Source: Vulcanimicrobiota bacterium
GTDB taxonomy: Bacteria; Vulcanimicrobiota; Vulcanimicrobiia; Vulcanimicrobiales; Vulcanimicrobiaceae
Assembly: GCA_003135555.1 (NCBI GenBank)
Contig: PLCF01000098.1
Location: 1 to 11,118 of the forward strand
Reading direction: 5' to 3'
DNA: 11,118 nt
Positions 6,978-11,118 of the stretch are shown here, one piece after another. Each line of letters opens with the position of its first letter. Within the stretch, counting starts at the first letter, position 1. Below the pieces are notes generated by a model that saw nothing but the letters and a program-made list of their open reading frames with translations, ran no database searches and was not told the origin of the DNA. A program made the translations under genes and the position numbers.

Positions 6978-7919
6978 TCATCGATCACGCGGGGCTGCCC
7001 GTCGTCGGCCGAAGGCTCGGGACGGGGGCATGCCGACAAACCCAGTAACGCCCTTCGTACCGACGACCTTCCAGATCGCGCCGATGTCCGAAGCTCCCAA
7101 GCCGCTGCGCTGCGCGCTCGAGAAATGCTGCAGCGCGGCGGCGCCGGTCGCCGCCGGCGCGTGATAGCGCGCTGCCAAGTCGATCGCCAAGCGCATGTCC
7201 TTCTGCGCGAGATCGATCCCGAATCGCGGCGTGAAATCGCCGGCGAGGACCCACGGCAAGCGGACGTCGGACTGAAACGAGCGCGCACCGCCGTCCTGCA
7301 TCAACTTGCACAGCAAGTCGGGATCGACTCCCGCGGCCGCGCCGATCCCGAACCCTTCGAGCAGCACGGCAAGGTTCGACATGCTGACGTAGTTGATCGC
7401 AAGCTTCACCGCATACGCCTGCTCGACGCCGCCGATCACGTATTGGTTCGGCGACATTGCGTCGAGGAGCGCGGCGGCTCTCGCGAGGGCGGGACCGTCA
7501 CCGCCGAGATAGAGCGGCAGCGTCCCGTCGGCCGCCTGGCGCGGACCCATCCCCAGCGGCGACGCGACGAACGCGGCACCGCTCGCCGCGACCACGTCGG
7601 CGGCGTGGCGCCCGGTGTACGGATCGATCGTGCTCAGGTCGATAACCACGTTCTGAGGCCGCAACGTGCTCCCAATCCCCGCGGAGGAGTACAAACGGTC
7701 GACATCTTCCGGCAACGGCAAACTGCTCACCACGTACGTGCAACGCTCGGCGATCTCGTGCGGCGTAGCGGCGATGTGCACGCGGGTGCCGTCGAACCGG
7801 GTCAACGCGGCGGCCGCGGGATCGTAGACGAACACCTCCCATTCCGCGGCTTCGGCGAGGCGCTGTGCGATCGCGCCACCCATGCGGCCCGCGCCGACGA
7901 ACCCGACGGTGCGCGTCAT
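6978..7919 (-). CDS. NAD(P)-dependent oxidoreductase, beta-hydroxyacid dehydrogenase (3-hydroxyisobutyrate dehydrogenase/6PGDH-like) family (313 aa)
   Basis: MTRTVGFVGAGRMGGAIAQRL Rossmann motif, VIDLSTIDP, catalytic-Lys region AVKLAIN, and FGIDLAQKDMRLA. ATG at 7919. Confidence 0.92.
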   Translation of the reverse strand: MTRTVGFVGAGRMGGAIAQRLAEAAEWEVFVYDPAAAALTRFDGTRVHIAATPHEIAERCTYVVSSLPLPEDVDRLYSSAGIGSTLRPQNVVIDLSTIDPYTGRHAADVVAASGAAFVASPLGMGPRQAADGTLPLYLGGDGPALARAAALLDAMSPNQYVIGGVEQAYAVKLAINYVSMSNLAVLLEGFGIGAAAGVDPDLLCKLMQDGGARSFQSDVRLPWVLAGDFTPRFGIDLAQKDMRLAIDLAARYHAPAATGAAALQHFSSAQRSGLGASDIGAIWKVVGTKGVTGFVGMPPSRAFGRRRAAPRDR

Positions 7920-7957
7920 GCGCTCGCGACGAGCGAGGTGAAGTCGTCGTTGCACAT
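7916..7957 (-). CDS. 13-aa upstream ORF MCNDDFTSLVASA (leader peptide or deletion remnant)
   Basis: AGGAG SD (7968-7964) 6 nt before ATG 7957. Its TGA (7918-7916) overlaps the oxidoreductase ATG (7919-7917) as ATGA. Confidence 0.55.
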   Translation of the reverse strand: MCNDDFTSLVASA

Positions 7958-8114
7958 TGTACTCTCCTGCTTCAGGCCCGCGCTGTTCGACGGCTTGGGC
8001 GCTCGCCCTTCGGCGTACCGCTGTGCTGATTTCGGAATAGGTACTGGGCGCGAGCACCGCACGCTCCGGTAACCGCAACAGGAGCTCCCCGCGTGTCCCC
8101 GCAAGCCCGCCCCC

Positions 8115-8513
8115 ATGGCGACTTGGGATCAGGTCCGGCGCTACGCTCTCGCGCTACCCGGCGCGATTGAAGAGACTTCACGCGGCAACGCCGCATGGGT
8201 TGTCAATAAGAAGTTTTTCGTATGGGAGCGGCCGCTCCGCAAGTCGGATCTCGCGGCGCTCGGTGATGCGGCTCCAAAGGGCGCGATCCTCGGCGTGCGC
8301 ACCGCCGATCTCGAGATGAAGGAAGCGCTGTTGCGAAGCGATCCGGTCGCCCTCTTTACGATACCGCACTTCGACGGCTACCCGGCGGTACTAGTGCAAC
8401 TCGACAAGATATCGGCCAACAACCTGAAGCACCTCATCCTCGAGGGGTGGCTGGCGCGCGCATCGGAGCGTTCGGTACGCGAATACCTCGCCACCCGAAA
8501 CCGGCTGCTCTAG
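8115..8513 (+). CDS. MmcQ/YjbR-family putative DNA-binding protein (132 aa)
   Basis: MATWDQVRRYALALPGAIE...FVWERPLRKSD...FTIPHFDGYPAVLVQL...GWLARA is the characteristic pattern of this family. Confidence 0.9.
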   Translation: MATWDQVRRYALALPGAIEETSRGNAAWVVNKKFFVWERPLRKSDLAALGDAAPKGAILGVRTADLEMKEALLRSDPVALFTIPHFDGYPAVLVQLDKISANNLKHLILEGWLARASERSVREYLATRNRLL

Positions 8514-8671
8514 TGACCCCGCGACTCCGAGCGGCGCGTCAGCTCGAACTATGTTCAAACGCAGGGGTGCGGCCAGCGCACGTAACGCGACTGCGCTACA
8601 TGGACGATCTACGCCCGACAAATGATGTTTTAACGGTTTCGATGGACAGCGAAGCGACGGATATGCCAACG

Positions 8672-9631
8672 CTAGTCCGTTTTGCCGTCCTTTGCGCCAT
8701 GGTCATCGCTGGCGCCAGTCGACGCAGTCGACAGGTCGCTACCCGTCTCTTTGACACTTGCATTTACGGCCTCTGGGCCAGCACTCATGATCTGCAAGGC
8801 GATCAGGCCCTTCATCCGGCTCTTCAGCGTCTTCTCGCGCGGGGACAGTTCGGCCATGCTATCGACGATATACCAGGCCATGCCGACGCTATTAATTCGC
8901 TCTAGGGTTACGTTGAATTGTGCAGCTTGTTGCATCGTTGAGCGATAAATGAAGAGAAACGATGCGCCAATAAACTGAGTGAGCAGCCCTGAACACGTTG
9001 CGACCGCGCTAGCCTCGATCCGCATTCCCGGCGTCAATGCTGCATGCACCCCGACGGCCATCACGATGAAGCCAGCAGTAATTGCGACGACGCTGAGCGC
9101 AAAAATCACAAGATTCTGAGTGAGATTTCGTTGCCAATACTGCTCCAATGTTCCGCGCGCGAGATCCCAAGCTGGCTGCACTTTCTCCGCGCTTATCGCG
9201 CCGACTTGCGAAGACGGGCTTAGCGCTTCCTCGGCGCGAGAGATGCGAGATTCAATTGCTTCTCGACGCAATTTGGCGAGATTTAAAACCCAACGAATAA
9301 TCGCCCAGTATGAAACCACCATGAAAACGGTGAAGAACCCAAAGACGATTGCGACTCCAGCGTCAAAGAGCAACGAGCGCACATCCGTGTTGGATACCGT
9401 GAAGACGTCAGCCCCAGCGTTGGTTAAGAAGAGTATCGCGAATGTGATTAGCGACAGGATAGCTCCGGGCACCAAGACTATTCGCTCGCGAAACCGCGGA
9501 GTAGTTAGCTGCAAGCGTTCTTTAAAGACTTGAGCTACTTGGCGCGCGACTTCGTTCATTGGATCGGGCACGGGGTCAGCGTTTACTCCAGCCGCTTCAG
9601 GCGCTGCCTTTGAATCGTCGCTGTCTGGCAT
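8672..9631 (-). CDS. 4-TM membrane protein whose C-terminal half resembles the TRADD-N-associated 2TM membrane domain (~319 aa)
   Basis: Four hydrophobic segments separated by a charged helix (AKLRREAIESRISRAEEAL); motif AWDLARGTLEQYWQRNLTQNLVIF...SGLLTQFIGASFLFIYRSTMQQA...LERINSVGMA. ATG 9631 lies 5 nt after the upstream stop. The domain call is from recall. Confidence 0.75.
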   Translation of the reverse strand: MPDSDDSKAAPEAAGVNADPVPDPMNEVARQVAQVFKERLQLTTPRFRERIVLVPGAILSLITFAILFLTNAGADVFTVSNTDVRSLLFDAGVAIVFGFFTVFMVVSYWAIIRWVLNLAKLRREAIESRISRAEEALSPSSQVGAISAEKVQPAWDLARGTLEQYWQRNLTQNLVIFALSVVAITAGFIVMAVGVHAALTPGMRIEASAVATCSGLLTQFIGASFLFIYRSTMQQAAQFNVTLERINSVGMAWYIVDSMAELSPREKTLKSRMKGLIALQIMSAGPEAVNASVKETGSDLSTASTGASDDHGAKDGKTD

Positions 9632-9636
9632 CTGCG

Positions 9637-9933
9637 CTATTGTCCAATCCGAGTTTCGCGATTGCCGGCCGCATCCGCGCGTTTGCAACGGACGCGCGCA
9701 CCGTACTTCGTGCAACCATACCGAAAAATGCCTGTATCGTAGTGGCTCCTGCTGTGGGCGTTGAGACCGACGACCCTATCGGGCGCGGGATGCTTCTGCG
9801 CTGCGGCCACGGTTCGGAATTGCGCGAGCGCAGTCGCTGCACTCAGCGGAGGCCATCCGTAAGCCACGATCGCTGGGGAGGGCCTCAGCGGTAGGAGTAA
9901 GGCGATGAGAACAACGCAGAGGAGCCGAATCAC
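9637..9933 (-). CDS. Small hypothetical exported protein (~98 aa)
   Basis: GTG 9933 with GGGG upstream (alternative GTG 9963); hydrophobic N-terminus IRLLCVVLIALLLPL; stop 5 nt before the next ATG; promoter-like motif upstream. No family recognised. Confidence 0.4.
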   Translation of the reverse strand: MIRLLCVVLIALLLPLRPSPAIVAYGWPPLSAATALAQFRTVAAAQKHPAPDRVVGLNAHSRSHYDTGIFRYGCTKYGARVRCKRADAAGNRETRIGQ

Positions 9934-10087
9934 AGGTATACCCCGGCACGAATGAACGATCACCCTAGCTTACGCCCCCCTGGCCTGCCTCCCTTGGTCA
10001 GTCTCTTCAATAGCAGAGATGCTTTCGGATAAGTCGGCGGCGCCGCAAGAGCCGGCGCGCACGGTCGGCGACGCGCACCTTCACCAG

Positions 10088-10123
10088 CGTGTAGGTCCAA
10101 CCAGATCGTGTAGGTCCAACCAG
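10088..10123. repeat. Exact 17-bp direct repeat with a 19-bp period (possible tandem operator)
   Basis: CGTGTAGGTCCAACCAG at 10088-10104 and 10107-10123; a partial ACCAG also precedes it at 10083-10087. Confidence 0.9.
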
Positions 10124-10160
10124 GCGGAACGTACGGCCGTTCAACGACAGGGAGAGGATT

Positions 10161-11117
10161 TCATCGCGGCGGCTCCGCCCATTCCGGAGCCGCTGCGGTC
10201 GACCCCCGACGGCGAACGATCCACGCGCCGAGTGCAAGCCACGCTGCGACGAGACACGAATAGAGTGGCGGGGCGCCGCCTGAACTCGGCACGACGTTCG
10301 CCGCGAACGTTGCAGCGAGCGACACGAGAGCGATCGCCGGCACGAATCGCTGCGCGAGGTTCCAGCGCGCCGCAAACAGGCGCAGCGCCGCGACCTGCAC
10401 GCTGCCGTAGATCAGCACGAGCGCGAGGACGCCGATCGTGCCGCAAGCCGCGAACGCATCGGTGCCGCTCGCGCGCGCGAACGCGAAACCCGCGACGACC
10501 GCGATGCTGATCGCGATCACGGCCAGGTAGGCGACCACGGGCGTTCCGCTCGTCGTGTCGACGCGGCCGAGTCGCTCGGGCAGAACGGCATCGCTGGCGA
10601 AGCTGAAGAGGAGGCGGCTCGCCCCTGTCGCTGCGGCAAAGGTCGCCGCGAGGGCCGATATGGCGGCGCCGCCCATGACGAGCGCTGCAACGGCAGAGGT
10701 CGCGTAGCGCGCCGCCAAATCGCCGAGCGGCGAGGCTGATGCGGCGAACGCCGCGCTCCCTGCCGCGTCGAAACCGAAACCGATCGTCTGGGCGTACGCG
10801 ACGAAGACGTAGAGAACGCCGGTCAGCGCGACGCTCGCGATGAGCGCGCGCGGGATCGTGCGCGTCGGCTCGAGCGACTCGGCGCCGAGCACGGCGGCGC
10901 CTTCGAAGCCCGCGAACGACAGCAGCGCGAACACCGTCGCCAGGCCGAGTCCCGCGGGCGACGCTCCGCTCGGGAAGAACGGCGTGAGCGCGTTTCCGTG
11001 CGCGCCTCCGCGCGCGACGATCGTGATGGATAGCGCGACCACGGCGGCGACCGATATCCCTTCGACGACGAGCATCGCTCGCGAGGACGTGCGCGCCGGG
11101 CGCGTTCCCACATACGC
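10161..11117 (-). CDS. APC-superfamily amino acid/polyamine permease (partial; 5' end beyond the window)
   Basis: Many TM helices; signature FALLSFAGFEGAAVLGAESLEPTRTIPRAL and SRLLFSFASDAVLPERLGRV...GTPVVA. The frame stays open to the window end. Confidence 0.92.
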   Translation of the reverse strand, partial: AYVGTRPARTSSRAMLVVEGISVAAVVALSITIVARGGAHGNALTPFFPSGASPAGLGLATVFALLSFAGFEGAAVLGAESLEPTRTIPRALIASVALTGVLYVFVAYAQTIGFGFDAAGSAAFAASASPLGDLAARYATSAVAALVMGGAAISALAATFAAATGASRLLFSFASDAVLPERLGRVDTTSGTPVVAYLAVIAISIAVVAGFAFARASGTDAFAACGTIGVLALVLIYGSVQVAALRLFAARWNLAQRFVPAIALVSLAATFAANVVPSSGGAPPLYSCLVAAWLALGAWIVRRRGSTAAAPEWAEPPR

Positions 11118-11118
11118 G

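Noticed and set aside
7125..8072. 315-aa plus-strand ORF (and similar Arg-rich ORFs such as 4367..5152, 4174..4785, 8447..8905, 10019..10510)
   Set aside because: Shadow or alternative-frame ORFs typical of GC-rich DNA; they overlap better-supported genes and show no family motifs.
8514..8671. Possible integron attC site or element end after the low-GC gene
   Set aside because: No correctly paired RYYYAAC/GTTRRRY ends with internal symmetry and no integrase. The GAGCGGCGCG (8529-8538) and GAGCCGGCGCG (near 10050) flanks are not an exact target duplication.
10088..10123. Direct repeat as a CRISPR mini-array
   Set aside because: Only two 17-bp copies separated by 2 bp; no spacers and no cas genes.

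Overview
GC-rich bacterial chromosomal window of mixed-orientation accessory and metabolic genes. I see no transposase, integrase, CRISPR array, rRNA or tRNA. From left to right: (1) the 5' part of a lipoprotein gene with a Ser/Pro/Ala repeat linker (minus strand, missing from the ORF track); (2) a divergent TetR regulator / S9 peptidase pair sharing overlapping sigma70-type promoters and a 28-bp palindromic operator; (3) a secreted SH3/Tudor-like protein converging on a secreted DUF3828-like protein; (4) a DUF1990 protein; (5) a Tat-signal MmgE/PrpD-family enzyme followed by an intrinsic terminator nested in a ~130-nt inverted repeat; (6) a beta-hydroxyacid-dehydrogenase-family gene coupled to a 13-aa upstream ORF; (7) an MmcQ/YjbR protein; (8) a lower-GC two-gene cassette encoding a small exported protein and a 4-TM protein resembling the TRADD-N-associated membrane domain; (9) the 3' part of an APC amino-acid permease. 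The strongest non-coding signals are a recurrent AGG-N18/19-NAA(G/C) promoter-like motif in front of 4-5 genes, the TetR operator, and a tandem FadR/GntR-like box. All family calls come from motif recognition by eye, not database searches. No multi-gene novel system can be demonstrated from the sequence alone.
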